NCBI RefSeq assembly: GCF_006345805.1
Contig: NC_043000.1
Span: forward strand, 60,822,001-60,886,000
Direction of reading: 5' to 3'
Origin: Octopus sinensis
Taxonomy: Eukaryota
Length of the DNA: 64,000 nucleotides
Below, piece by piece: positions 12,400 to 25,652 of this stretch. The translations under genes and the position numbers were made by a program. Within the stretch, counting starts at the first letter, position 1; every line of letters starts with the position of its first letter. The notes below the pieces were generated by a model. It saw nothing but the letters and a program-made list of their open reading frames with translations. It was not told the DNA's origin and did no database searches.

Positions 12400-13620
12400 C
12401 TAAAACAGATAATCCATTTACAGCAGGTAAAAAAGAGAAAACATCACCTGAGAAGCTGGATTGTATGTTAGCTGAACTCAATACATAAAATATCTATACA
12501 TCTTTTGAATAATCAGTAGCAAAAGAAAACCAAAAACCCCTCCACACCTCTTCATAATGAGATCCATTTATTGATCTCAGGAAGAAATATTTAATGGCAT
12601 CAGTGAAAAGGAAGACAAGAAATGTCTAAATACATGAAGATAACTTCAAGGACTGTTTGTAGCTGTTGAATACATCAGAAGCTACATAAGTCAAGGACGT
12701 AGTTATTACAGTAAGTTTACAAGTTCTACAGTTTGAGAATGGTATATAACTGTTTAATCATGGCTGCTAATCTAGTCAAGAACCATGACATGACTGGCAG
12801 GGTATTCAAGTGTTCTACACCTGTCAATTTACACTTGGAAACTGTTAGACTAAAGGTCAGTGCAGTGTAGTGCTGCCAATTTGTAAGCATCAATACAGAA
12901 TGTGTAAAATGTTTCTGAATGATGGTGAGTAGGAAAAGAATAGTTGGGTATTGGATGTGTTGGGTTCTACACATTGGAAAGATTACTGCTTTGGGAGAAT
13001 ATATATATGAGTGATTAAAGTGAATAAGATGACCTGACTAAATAACGTTATGAAGTGGTGCTTCATGGTAGAAGGGGAAGAATAAAATAAGTAATACAAT
13101 ATTTTCTGGCATACGTGTCAAATGTCCAAATCAAAATTTACAGCCAAAATAGGTAGTTCAACTAATACTCAAAGACAACTTTGGAGGACCTATAATGGAA
13201 GGAAGGTTTTTATGATACTTTTGGGGTATCTTCTTCTTCCATTATAATTATTCTGTTGATTCAAGGAGCTAGAAATACGAAGAATGAAGTTCTCAGAAAG
13301 AGTAAATTCAATAACCGTTTATTCACAGGTGCTTCATACAAGGGGTTTGTTTTAAGTAACCATCTTCACAGCAGTGCGTAGTTAGCCTTCTCTCACTCGA
13401 GGTTCAATAACCTCTGGAGACAATGCATGTGATATCACAGTGGGACAAAAGTCTGCTGTGAGCTCCTGGCTTCGAAGTCTTGCTCATCGAGGCATGAGAA
13501 GAATGAGAGGGAAAATGTTGTTGTCTTTTCCTTAAATAATGGTTGCAGGCGAGATCTCGTTTTTGTTTCACGTATGGCAATGGTTGCAGGTGAGATTTTG
13601 CTGTTTCAAAATGGCACTGG
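12400..13620 (-). mobile_element. Possible ancient APE-endonuclease LINE remnant
   Basis: Weak frameshifted resemblance (HP..YSF....TF..ID, ASH.MV) to APE domains, and a 2-copy repeat of about 40 nt at 13538-13615. Tentative. Confidence 0.25.
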
Positions 13621-14917
13621 CTTCTTTGTGCCTTGCTACAGACCTAAGATTCCATGTGAAATACAGTAGAATTTGGAACGATAGGGGTGATGTCTGAATG
13701 TAACCATTCAGATGTCATCAACTTGTATACCGGAAAATATGGTATGCATAATTAAGATAATTTTTAAGTAGAAGATAAATTCTTTTCTCTAAAAGACCCA
13801 GCCATTAATAAGTTAGCAACTAGTGTCTGTGATAAAGGAAGTGTACTGACATAATTTTTCTATTGACATCAAGGTAGAAGATTGTCAGAATTGTTACAGA
13901 ATCAGACAAACTACTGTACAGTTTTTGTTTCAGCTCTTTAAATTTTGAGTTCAAATACCATTGTGGTCATTTCTGCTTTTCTTCCTTGATTAGTAAAACA
14001 AAATATTAGTTCAGAGAGGTGGATAGGTAGAATTGTTAGAATGTTGAACAAAATGCTTTGTATATTTTCTAGCTCTTTCTGTCATGAATTTACTTGTAAT
14101 GTGAAGTTGTATCAACCCTTGCATTTATCTTGTAATAACAATGGCATGAAGAGGGAAGGTAACTGTTGGTTTTGGGTAATTGTAATTTGATTGTCCATTT
14201 AAAAAAACCCCAAAAAATAAATAAAACAAAACAAAACAAAACAAAAAAAACCTTGCACAGGGTCTGCATCATGGAGAAAAACTTTCAAGACGTAGATACA
14301 TGGTTAATCCTCACTGACAAGCCTTAAATAATAATCTTGCAGTGGAAGCAATGACAGGAAAGATAATCAGAGGCAGTATTAGTGGAAACACATCAGACCT
14401 GTTCAACTGATGCTCAAACAGAAAATGAGTATAAAACCTTTAACGATGACAATAATTCTATTTTCCCAGCACTGCATTTATCTAGTAAGTGACTTGATCT
14501 GAGAATGTTGAAACTGAAGCAATTGCATTGTGATAAAGCAATTTGATAACATACAGTGCTGTTATTCTGTTAGTGTTAAAGAATGAGGTGCTAAAAACAT
14601 ATTGAATACTAGCTGAAATACTCAACGTTGCCCAATTTAATGACTCAGAGAATTAACAGTAGCATCGCAAAGCTCTTTATCTAACTTATAGTAAATATTT
14701 TAAAAAAAACAACAAAAAATACAGTGAAATTTCAGTAGTAGTTAAGTAGCATGATGGTTCCCTATCTTTAAGAGAAGTTGGTGTGGTGGAAGCCCAGAAG
14801 GTTCCAAAGAATTTAAGAATTCAACAGGATAATTGACAGTCTCTGCAGGATCTGGAACTGAACCTATAGATTTGTAAGTCTGTCTATTTCCTGAAATGCA
14901 GTCCAATAACTTATTGT

Positions 14918-16850
14918 TTATGGTGTTGACAGTGATATTTTTTGGTGCAAGTATTGCCCTTTCACCATTTGGTTATGTCTGTTGATGTATAATTGCCCTG
15001 GAAAAAGTTCAGCATGGATTTCGTTCCTTTTACGATTGCAAGTAAAAGTGATGAAAAAATCTGGATGTCCATAATTACACACATAAGTCATGGCATCCTG
15101 TGTCCTCTTGTGCATATATCTTGGACTTCCTGTAAAACTGGTCAGAAGAATACAAAGTTGTCCAAGCTCTGTCCCAGCAATATCATTGTTAATGCCATCT
15201 CGTAAATGCACATATCATTCTAAATGTAGTTGTTTTTGGTGCAGTTTTATGTAGCACAACCTCTCCGACTCTATTTTGGCATACATATCAACAACATACC
15301 AGTGAAAAAGATATTGGCAATAGTGAAGATGATTAAACAAATTACTTTGACTCATCAATTGATGAACACTATAATCCATACAGGATAGTTCTTTTGGAAG
15401 TGACAAAAAGAAAGGGATATTTGCCATGTTGGTCTCCAACCATAATTGCCACTTCATTACACTCAGGAACATTGAATCGAAGGACATGTTCACCAGCTGG
15501 TCTTTTGTTGGCATTGATGATAACTTGAAAGTCAGCAGTTGAAGTATATTCTAAAGCATACTGAAAGCTTCTCACATGAGAATTCTTTTTGTGAAGCATT
15601 TCTTGCAGCTTAAAAATAAGTTCTAATCTTGTACCTGAACAATTCTCGCTGCGACACTGTCTCTTTTTGAACATCACCTATTAAATATATCTGTGAAAAC
15701 TGGATCTTTAGTCTGTAAAAGCTAAAGAGAGCCAATTCTGTGATAAATTTGTCTGTGCACTTTAAAAGTTGGCATAAACCCACTTTCCCTAATAAATTTT
15801 GCTCCAAATGATGTCATTTGAAAAGCACAATTGTATGCTCAAACATTTTTAAGAAAGTATTTTGATTCTAAAGTGGTACCCAAAAGCGGATGTTTTATAA
15901 GTTCTGGAGATTTAATTATTTGTAAAAGGACTTTACCTTTAGAACAACACATACCTAATAGTTCCTTCTCCCACTCCCTAGCACCACACTTTTCACATGT
16001 TTTGCACAGAGAGCCCAGAGAGACAATTTTTTCAGATGCAGAATTACAATTAGGATCATAATTAAATGCTACACCTTGTCATTGAAATTGTCCATACATT
16101 TTCTATTGATTTTCTCTGGAAAGCTTTCTCCTTTTTAGTTGTATTTTTCGGTCACTTTCACTCTCTTGTTTTCTAATTATTCTACTTTTTTCCTCTCCCT
16201 TTTTGCCTTTTTTACTTTCTTGTACTTTTTATTTCTATAATTTTCCTTCTTTCTCTGCAATCTTATTTCCCTATCTTTATCACCTTCTTGTTCTCTTGTC
16301 CTCCTTTCATATTCCCTCGTTTTTTGCAACTTAACTTTCCAATGGTTTTTACGTTCTTCAACAGTTTTCGTAATAAGTGTTTGAATTCTCATTCTTTTCT
16401 CTTTTTTACTGTCTTCTGATATTTCATTTCCTTCTACATTTCTTTCATGCTCATGATTGTTTATGGGAAAGAGAGCACTGTAATGGCCGTTGTCAATTCC
16501 ATCACTATATAACACTGAAATCTTCCTTTCTGTAAATGTTCAACCGCAAATGGTGAACAGAGGAAGAATAATTTCACTTTCATTTTTGTGATGGACCTGA
16601 ATTGCAACATTGTACAATTCACTAATGGCAACTAACTCAACATTATGATCATATGTTCCATCCCTACTCATGTATGCTTGGTATTCCTGTGTTGTACTAT
16701 TAGGAATAAAAGAATGAAATACTTCCAATTATTGCATATGTATCGTACAGACTCTTCTTTAAGAGTTTGGTAATTTCTGTTGTTTTTGAGCAAGAGTGAC
16801 ACAGCTCTGAACATACAGTTACCATCACCCATGACTTTATTAAAGGGGTG
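14918..16850 (-). mobile_element. Decayed autonomous Helitron (RepHel) 5' portion: OTU protease, charged linker, Zn-finger, Helitron N-terminal domain, Rep motif 1; 3'-truncated
   Basis: Frameshifted or stop-containing peptides: GDGNCMFRAVS (16829 downward), NGHYSALF, AFNYDP..CKTCEKC..GMCCSKGKV, YNCAFQMTSFGA..GFMPTFK, VDMYAKIESERL, HLRD, SFTGSPRYMHKRTQDAMTYV..YGHPDFFITFTCN. No Rep motif 2 or helicase present. Confidence 0.9.
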
Positions 16851-17510
16851 AATTAATAAATTAATGTAATTGTTGAATATTTTTCAATAAATTCAGTAAG
16901 GGACTTCACCTTCAGTTTAAACTTTAGATGGTTTCGTGAACAGAATGTGATGGCAATTATAACACCAAAAGTGATAAGATACTAAGTGATAGCAATTTCC
17001 CCTTTAGAAATCTGTCTTTCTAAATTTGCGATAGATGAATGAGTGATTATAATTTTGTAAATAATAAAAGTGAAATTAATAAGGTACTTCCCTTTCAATG
17101 TTGACTTGAAACGTTGTCTTCATGAAAAGAAAAGTGATTTGACTCTAAGTACTTCATCATCATCATCATCGTTTAGCATCCGCTTTCCATGCTAGCATGG
17201 GTTGGACGGTCCAACTGGGGTCTGGGAAGCCAGAAGGCTGCACCAGGCCCAGTCTGATCTGGCAATGTTTCTATGGCTGGATGCCCTTCCTAACGCCAAC
17301 CACTCCGTGAGTGTAGTGAGTGCTTTTTACGTGCCACTGGCACAGGTGCCAGACGAGGCTGGCAAATGGCCATGATTGGATGGTGCTTTTTACGTGCCAC
17401 CGGCATGGGGAACTTAGCATATGATAACTACTTTACCGTCAGTTCATAAATGGAAAAAAAAGATAATTTTGATTTAAATGTTGTCAACTACTTATCTATA
17501 GATATGTGTG

Positions 17511-17541
<31 letters not shown>

Positions 17542-18819
17542 CTGAGAGGTAGAGAGAAAGAGAGCGAGAGATAGAGAGAAATTTTTTAGAAACAGGGCAT
17601 TTAACAAAAACTGGGATATTTTGGATGTTTTTCCTTCTATGATATCAACACCAGTAAATTAAATTTAGGGAAAGCATTTTGAAAATGACTTTTAGTATTA
17701 ACATATTCATGGATTTATACGTCATTTGAATCCATATACTAAATTGATTTATGCTGTAATAAGTCTTCTCATATAAACTACTGCTAATATCTTAATTTTA
17801 CAATTACTGATTGAATTCAATGAAAGTTACCTTTATATAGACTCATTTATATTCAAAAGATTACTGGTTATCCATTCTTATAGCCCAACATACCCTGGCA
17901 TTGAATAATCACTCGATTGTGCTGGAAGATTCAAATGTTCCTTTCGCATTAACATAAATCAGTTAAAAGTTGAACATCTTCATGAAAGTTTCAATATTTC
18001 CTCTCTCTCTATCTCTCCCTCTAACCTTCCTTCATCCTTCACTCACCTTCCCACTACATTCATTAAACCCCTGGCCCTAGTCTCCTCATTAACTGCCACA
18101 GCTCAAGGAATCCAGAATAGCAACTCCCTACCATACGATGATGGTGATGATGACGATGAGGGCGATGATGACAATGATAAGGGCATGATATTGTGAGAAT
18201 TTTCTGATAATCATACAAAAGTTTTGCTGTCAATTCAGGTAACAGCTTTTGAATTTGTAGCTACTAGAAACTCTTGGAGTTAGTATCTCTACTACTACTA
18301 CTACTACTAGCACCACCACCACCACTACCACAACCACCATCTGCAAAAGATCATTGACAGAAACTGAGGAGATTAATAGAGATCTGTGTTAATTTTATTG
18401 TTAAAGGTAGTAGCAGCAGCAGTAGTAGTGGTAGTAGTAACAGTAATAGCAGCTGCAACAGTAGCAGCAATAGCACCAGCAGAAGTAGCTGCAATAGCAG
18501 CAGCAGTGTTATCTTTAGTTGCAGATCTGTTTTGAAAAATCAGAGCAGCAGAAAATTAAATGAAGACTAACAGAATATAAAAATGAAATGTTATAGAAAA
18601 ATGTAATAAAAAAAGACAATAAGTGAAAAATAAACAAAAAAAATACCAAAAAAAGCCAAAGGAAACTGAATACAGAATACTAGAATAATTAAAGTCATCA
18701 ATAAAAGAAAATAAAACCAGTAGTACCAGATTACTGAACAATAGCAAAATATGGAGGGTGTTTAAAAATTAAATGTGTTCATAAAAAAGTGTAGCTATAA
18801 ATAAGTGGTGTGTGATAAG

Positions 18820-18857
<38 letters not shown>

Positions 18858-19273
18858 ACTTCAACTCAATAACATTCAGTAGATCAGTTAACTGGCATGG
18901 CAGAAAGCCAGTTCCATGTAATGTGGGAAATGGTTTCTATATTTATAGTTAGCACACTTCTATGAAATAACTGGTTGTGTCATCTTCTATTTGAAGGAGA
19001 AACATGAGTAGAGAACGGTGTCAAAAGAAGTAAGTTAAGAAAACAGATTTGACGAGTGCACAGCTATACCTGTGTGTGTGTGTGTGCATGTATTTTTTTT
19101 TATTTATCAAAGTAAAGGGAGTTAAGCAATGTAAGACATGATATAAAACCGTCTGTCTATTTGTATGTGGTATATCCCCATCATTGGGTGATTATGTGAG
19201 ATGAAGTGAAAGGAATAGGAAAGATAAACCTGCAAGTCATTTAGATGAAACAGGTGATGTTTTATATTTCAGA

Positions 19274-19670
19274 CTAGCAGTATCGCTCGGCGTTGCTCGG
19301 GTTTGTAAGGGAAATAACTATATAAGCATTTTTAGATATAAAGTATAATAGCTATCTCAATATGGCTAACCACAAAGGGGAGGGGGTGTTACTGTAGCTT
19401 TTTACGTTCTAAGATTTAATAATAAATTTTTAGAGAGTTACTTCCCTTATATATGCCAAAAATGCATTAAAAATGGAAAAAATTGATGGTAAATTTTTTT
19501 TTAAATCGTAGACTCATCGTAGACGCGCGCTAATACACAGAAGGGCTCGATATGAATCACAACTATAAGATACCCGGTTTTGGTTAAAATGCACCGCAAA
19601 ATGTGGGAGTAGTTAGGAATCTAAATCATAGGAGATAGACAGCACACAACCTCACTTTTATATATAAAGA
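19274..19670 (-). mobile_element. Non-autonomous Helitron (young, CpGs retained)
   Basis: Minus strand begins A|TCTTTATATATAAAAGTGAG (19671|19670) and ends with a degenerate GC hairpin CCCGAGCAACGCCGAG followed by CTAG|T (19277-19273). Inserted at an AT dinucleotide. Confidence 0.8.
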
Positions 19671-20660
19671 TATATTATGGAGCCATGCAGTGAAAGAATG
19701 AGGAAGTTTCATAGAGAGTGTGACTACTTTACATGTTAATGTGACAAACAGAGCAAGTAATAGTAAAGTTAGTGTTAACATATTTAATGCAAGAAGCATT
19801 AAAAGGCAAACTGGAAAATAATTATGAGGCAAGGGAAAATATTGGTTTCAAATTTTAGTAGAAGGCCAACAAATTTGGTAAAGGAGTGAAGTCGATTACA
19901 TCAACCTCAGTGCTCAACTGGTACTTATTTTATCAACCCTAAAAGATAAAAGGCAAAGTAACCTTCAGCAGTATTTGAACTCAGAATGTAAATACAAACA
20001 AAATGCCACTAAGCATTTTGCCCAGTGTGCTAAAGAATCTGCCAGCTTGCTACCCTGGTGAGGGGAAATACAAATCAATGATTAATATTGTTTTGATTCT
20101 TTTGGTAAATATGAGAGATAACTCCTGCAATGTTTCAATATTATTATGATCATCTTCAGGTATTCAGTGTAGTCTATGCTTTGCTGAATATGGTCAAAAT
20201 AAGATCAAAACATGCCCACAATTATCTCCCTTCAGACTCAAAATAATATTCTTTTCTACTCTAGGTACAAGGCCCAAAACTTTTGAGGAGGGGGCCAGTC
20301 GATTAGATCAATCCCAGTATGCAACTGGTACTTAATGTATCGACCCTGAAAGGATGAAAGGAATCTGAACTCAGAACGCCCAGCGTGCTAATGTTTCTGC
20401 CAGTTTGCCACCTTAGACTGAAAATGATATTAATTAGTCAAGGACTAATACTATATTTTTCATTCCTTACAGCATCAATATTTCCACCTACCTTTTTAAT
20501 ACTCCATGTATTAACTCAGTTATTGTCTTACACATGGATAGAGTCTATGTAATTTATTCTCTTAATGATTCCAGTTTTCTGCACCTATCTTTTATATATT
20601 TACTCATTGATTTTCTGTGTGTGTGTGTGCATATGTGGTGTGTGTGTATGTGTGTGCATG

Positions 20661-20698
<38 letters not shown>

Positions 20699-20699
20699 T

Positions 20700-21880
20700 G
20701 GTGCCAGCAAGTATGGTGAAGTCAATGTTTACTGATGCCTGATCAAAGTTTACTGATAACGTCCTCCCCCACCAACATGTTCTATAAGAAGCATTTTGGG
20801 AGGCAACCCTACTGAGTGGTGCATAATCTTGTATCTTCTCATCCAGTTTGAGACTAGTGTCCCAGCAAGCACAAGATTTTGAGAAAATGTTCTTATATTT
20901 CAGCGGTATGATTTCTAACAGCAAAAGACTAGATGTGGAGGTGGGTCTACACATACAATCAGCTGCAGTCATTTTTCAGAAATCTCAATGATCAACTGTG
21001 AAAACAAGCTATAAAACTGGCAACAAAATGCAAAGTATATTGAGAAGTAACTATCCTCTCTGTTGTATTTTGCATAAAACTACAAATTGTATCAACAATA
21101 TACGAAACAGATGATGAGATACCAGTTGTGCCAGACACAATATATCTTGGTGAGATCACAACTCTAACTAAATGGTCATACATCATCATCATCATCATTG
21201 TTTAATGTCTGCTTTCTATGCTAGCATGGGTTGGACGATTTGACTGAGGTCTGGCAAACCGGATGGCTGCACCAGACTCCAATCTGATCTGACAGTGTTT
21301 CTACAGCTGGATGCCCTTCCTAACGCTAACCACTCCGAGAGTGTAGTGGGTGCTTTTACATGCCACTGGCATGAGGGCCAGTCAGGCGGTACTGGCAACG
21401 GCCACGCTCAAATGGTGCTTTTTATGTGCCACCTGCACAGGAGCCAGTCCAGTGGCATTGGCAACGACACAAAGTAAATATCTCTTATGTTGCATCTATC
21501 ATACTGGTGTTGTAATTACATTGAGTAGGACATGTGACTTGTATGGAGTATAGCAAAAATCTCCAAGGCTGTGCTCTATAGCAAGGTGACATGCAAAGAG
21601 GGTTCCTAAAACCCCATTATAAGGATGTCATCAAACAAGTATGCCAATGAAGCAGCTAGTCTAATAATGACTGTGCAAGAGGAGACAGTGACTAGCCAGA
21701 AAAAATAGTAGAGGGTGATAAAGAAAGGAGAAAATGTTGCAGAATTAGTTGAAAAAATAAAAGAAAGAGACAAAGCTAGAGCAAAATCCACTACACTGTC
21801 ACTACTGACAATATTCAGCAATATCTGCAGTCATAGATGTGCTAGAACCTTCAATCTATAATCACAAGAAAGAGCAAATC
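20700..21880 (+). mobile_element. Old RTE (BovB-like) LINE fragment, interrupted by an RTE-tail repeat at about 21180-21475
   Basis: Degenerate FLYFSGMIS...LDVEV, IKLATKCKVY, LH*VGHV..M and HYKDVIK, typical of the RTE region downstream of RT. Confidence 0.6.
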
Positions 21881-22494
21881 ATTGACAATGAAGTTTCAAG
21901 GAAAAAGCAAACAAAATTTTTCTATTACAAATCCTGCTCAATGGCTGTCAATAATATATATATAATTCCATAACGGCTACCGCTGATGAGCGCAGGGATA
22001 CATAATGGGACTGTTACCTAACACTCAGTTGAACACCCAGTGTGAAACCAATTAGTAAGCTCGGCAGTAATGGATATATAATATTGTACACTTTGATTAA
22101 TATTATATATATATAATAATTATATAATATAATTTGATTAATATTATATATATATATTATATAATATAAATAATATATAAATATATGCATATATACATAC
22201 ATATATGTACATACCTACATATATATGTATATATACATGCATATATAGGTAGAGGACATCAAAAAAACATTGAACACAACGAGAAACGAAAACATAAAAA
22301 CAAAAACATAGAAACGAGCTTTTTTTTTGAACAACAAAAAAAACAAACAGAGAAACGAGATATACAACATAAAGAATATTCCTCTTCTTCAGTTGTCCCT
22401 GTTTCATCTACTCCATGTTTCGAAGGCAATGACAAGACGCGACTTCATTGAAACAGTTCTTCCCGCAAAGCAATATATATATCTTCTGTTTTTT

Positions 22495-22880
22495 ACTTGT
22501 TTCAGTCATTAGACTGCAGCTATGCTGGGGCACTGCCTTGAAAATTTTTTAATCAAATGAATCAACCACAGTATTTTATTTTAAAGCCTAGTTCTTATTC
22601 TATTAGTCTCTTTTGCTGAACTGCTAAGTTACAGGTATGTAAACACAGCAAAACTGGTTGTCCAGCATTGGTGGGAGACAAACCCAAACACAAAGACACA
22701 CACACACACACACACACACACATAACAGGCTCCTTTCAGTTTCTGTCTACCAACTCCACTCACAAAGCTTTAGTTAGCCTGAGGCTATAGTAGAAAATGC
22801 ACTTGCCCAAGGTTCCACACAGTAAAGTTGAACCTGGAACTACGTGGTTGAGAAGCAAACTTCTTACCACACAGACATGC
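22495..22880 (-). mobile_element. SINE family A copy
   Basis: Reverse complement of the 33935-34337 family. Confidence 0.7.
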
Positions 22881-23879
22881 CTTTGATATATTTTTCCCAG
22901 ATACTGCTACCACCCTTATATAAATGTGAGGTAGCTGTGTCCTTTCTCTATCTACTTTTCCCTGGTATAAAAATCACCTCTCCTCCATCTTAAATACTCC
23001 ATCAACACCAGCACTGTTCCTTGGTTGAGAAGGTCATCCCTCCCTCCGTCTCCCATTTTACCTTTTCCTGGTCTTTGAAATTCTTGCAATTTACTAGACA
23101 ACCCACCAAGTGTTGGTGGCATAAAAAAAGCATCTAGTATACACTGTAAAGTGGTTGAAATTACGAAGGGTATCCAGCCACAGAAACCATGCCAAAGCTG
23201 ATATGGAGCATGATGCAGCCCAGTGACTCAATATATTCTATCAAAGTGTCCAACCTATGTCAGCATGGGAAACAAACATTAAATGATGATGATGATAGTA
23301 TTAATATTCTTTATAGAATTCTGTCTTCATTTCAGCATTCAGTAATACTTCACAGTTTTCCACTTATTCTTGAAATCAAAACTGAAGCCATTTTACATAT
23401 AATAATAACCTTATCTTGTCAATCATGCTTGTCACAGACAAATTACTTTATCAGTAAGTAGAGAACATATTTTCCCATTTTAATTTTATTGCATTAAAAT
23501 GAAACTATTTTATCATTTATTCTGCAATATAGTCTTTTGGTTGAGTCTACATTTTCTACAGCAGTGTGAATTCAAAACTATGCTAGATGGTGTCTCAGTT
23601 TTCTGGGAACACAGTTCCACATTCTATGGTATTTATTATAGGGACTAGCTGGCCCCATGCCATCAAAAATGACTGCTAATTGTAGAATTTTATATATAAA
23701 AAGGGTACAAAATGGTGAAAAAGAAATCAAACAGTGCTTCAACTCTGTGTGTGTGTGTATGCTTGTGTGCATATATATATACATTTATATGTATGAGTAG
23801 CACAGTGTAGTGAATGTGGTTTTCTATACTTTATCACAGCCTTCTTCCTTCCTGTTTATATATATGTATGTTTAAATGC

Positions 23880-24738
23880 ACTTTGATTTTTTTTTTTACA
23901 CTGTTGAATTTTCACTATCCCACTTGCATTGGTGGAACAAAAAAAAGTCAGAGCAAAATCAGGTGAATAGGGAGGGTGAGTAAGTGAGGTCATGCCATTT
24001 TTGGTCAAAAACTGTCTCACACTCAAGGCAGTGCACAGGAGCATTGTTGTGGTGAAACCACCACTAACCACTAAGTCACAGGTCAGGGCATTTTGTCTCG
24101 CTGCTTTTTGCAAACACATCAGAACTGCCAAATAAAATGTCTGGTAAACAGTTTTACCAGGACGAACAAATTCTGTGTGGACAATTCTGCTGCAACTCTT
24201 TTTATTCACAATTCCTCAGTCAAAATTCGTTGGCAGGAGCTCCAGGACACATACCAGTCATATCAACAAGTTTGTCAATTGTTTGGTGAGGGTTCTCTAA
24301 GATCATTTCATGAATTTTCATGATGTTTTCATTTGCTTGGGAGGTAGAAAGTCACCCTGAATGAGGTTGGTCTTCAAGCAACAAGTGACCATTCCTAAAG
24401 CATGAAGGTTACTTGTAAATTTGTATTTTGCTCATGGTAGCATCCTTGTAAGCTGTTTGAAGCATGACAAGTATTTTGGCTGCCATTTTCCCTAGCAGAA
24501 AGTAGAATTTCATAGAAGCATGCTGTTCCTTCATATCAACCATTGCAAAAATTGTTGAACAGGGGAGGAGCACTGCAAAACAAAGACATACCATGTGGTA
24601 GTATGACTTCAATTGATGACACCACTCAACAGACTGATGCCTGAGGGTCGCATCAAGTGGCTACTAGTGGTGGAAGCCTGAACTATATTGAGTTTGTCCC
24701 ACAGAGAACATTTCTAGTTACTTTTGGGTACCCTCTTG
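23880..24738 (-). mobile_element. Decayed mariner transposon
   Basis: 5' end TA|CAAGAGGGTACCCAAAAG. Peptides HASMKFYFLLGKMAA..MLQTAYKD (N-terminal HTH), EFVRPGKTV..FYLAVL and ALSVRQFLTKNGM..LTHPPYSPDFA (mariner YSPDL motif). 3' TIR not recognised. Confidence 0.85.
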
Positions 24739-24901
24739 TACATTTTCTGAGTACAAATATATTATTCTTTAACAAAATAGTGCTGATAGTGACTTCGCAG
24801 TTTCAGACAGCTAACCCATCCTGGGACAGTCTGATGCTGTCGTAGCTGGCCAAAACTTTGAAGTCACTATCAATGCTCTTCTTGTTAAAGAATAATATAT
24901 G

Positions 24902-24944
<43 letters not shown>

Positions 24945-24960
24945 TGTGTGTGTGTGTGTG

Positions 24961-25000
<40 letters not shown>

Positions 25001-25197
25001 CAAAATGTGACCTCGTGTGTACCGTTGGCGATTTTTTTCCTCTGTCTTCCCTTCTTGGGATCTTTCCTTCTCCTATGTTTCCGACAAAGAGCTCCGCTCG
25101 AAACGTTATGCCCTCCTTCTTCCCTTAGCGTCCAATAATACTATATTTGTTCCACGTCCTCGCGTTGTTGTGTTTTTTTGTGTTTTCTTGTTTGGAT

Positions 25198-25201
<4 letters not shown>
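25001..25201 (+). mobile_element. Same Penelope-like hammerhead-motif repeat
   Basis: GTTT-CCGACAA-A-GAGC-TCC-GCTC-GAAAC-GTT (25077-25107). Flanked by (TA)n on both sides. Confidence 0.65.
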
Positions 25202-25232
<31 letters not shown>

Positions 25233-25599
25233 TTCAATATTGGCTACTGGTGTCTTATCTCTGTACCACATTCAACAATTTTGGATGAGAAATTTGCAGC
25301 AAACGATACATGCAAATTAAATTTCCCAATCTAGACCAGTAAGTTGGGTTTCCAACAAATACATGCACTCTTTCTCTTTGCCATAACAATCTAAACTTGT
25401 CCTTCCTTCGATAATATGGTTAATACAACACTCCTACATCTTTGTTTGTTTTAACCCATTATTGAAGTAAGGAAAGGCTAGATTGTTTTGAAGAGGAGCT
25501 GCATAATACCAGAATAAAGACAAAACCAAATGCCTTTGTCTGTATTCTGGTACCTGCCTACCTGCCTGCCTACCTACCTATCTATCTATACATACATAC

Positions 25600-25652
<53 letters not shown>

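Noticed and set aside
16177-16515. Lys/Arg/Glu-rich 112-aa ORF as an independent gene
   Set aside because: It is the OTU C-terminus plus linker of the Helitron.
22380-22480. Type II hammerhead (CGAAAC ... CTGAAGA on the minus strand)
   Set aside because: Stem I cannot form. At most a decayed Penelope-like terminus.
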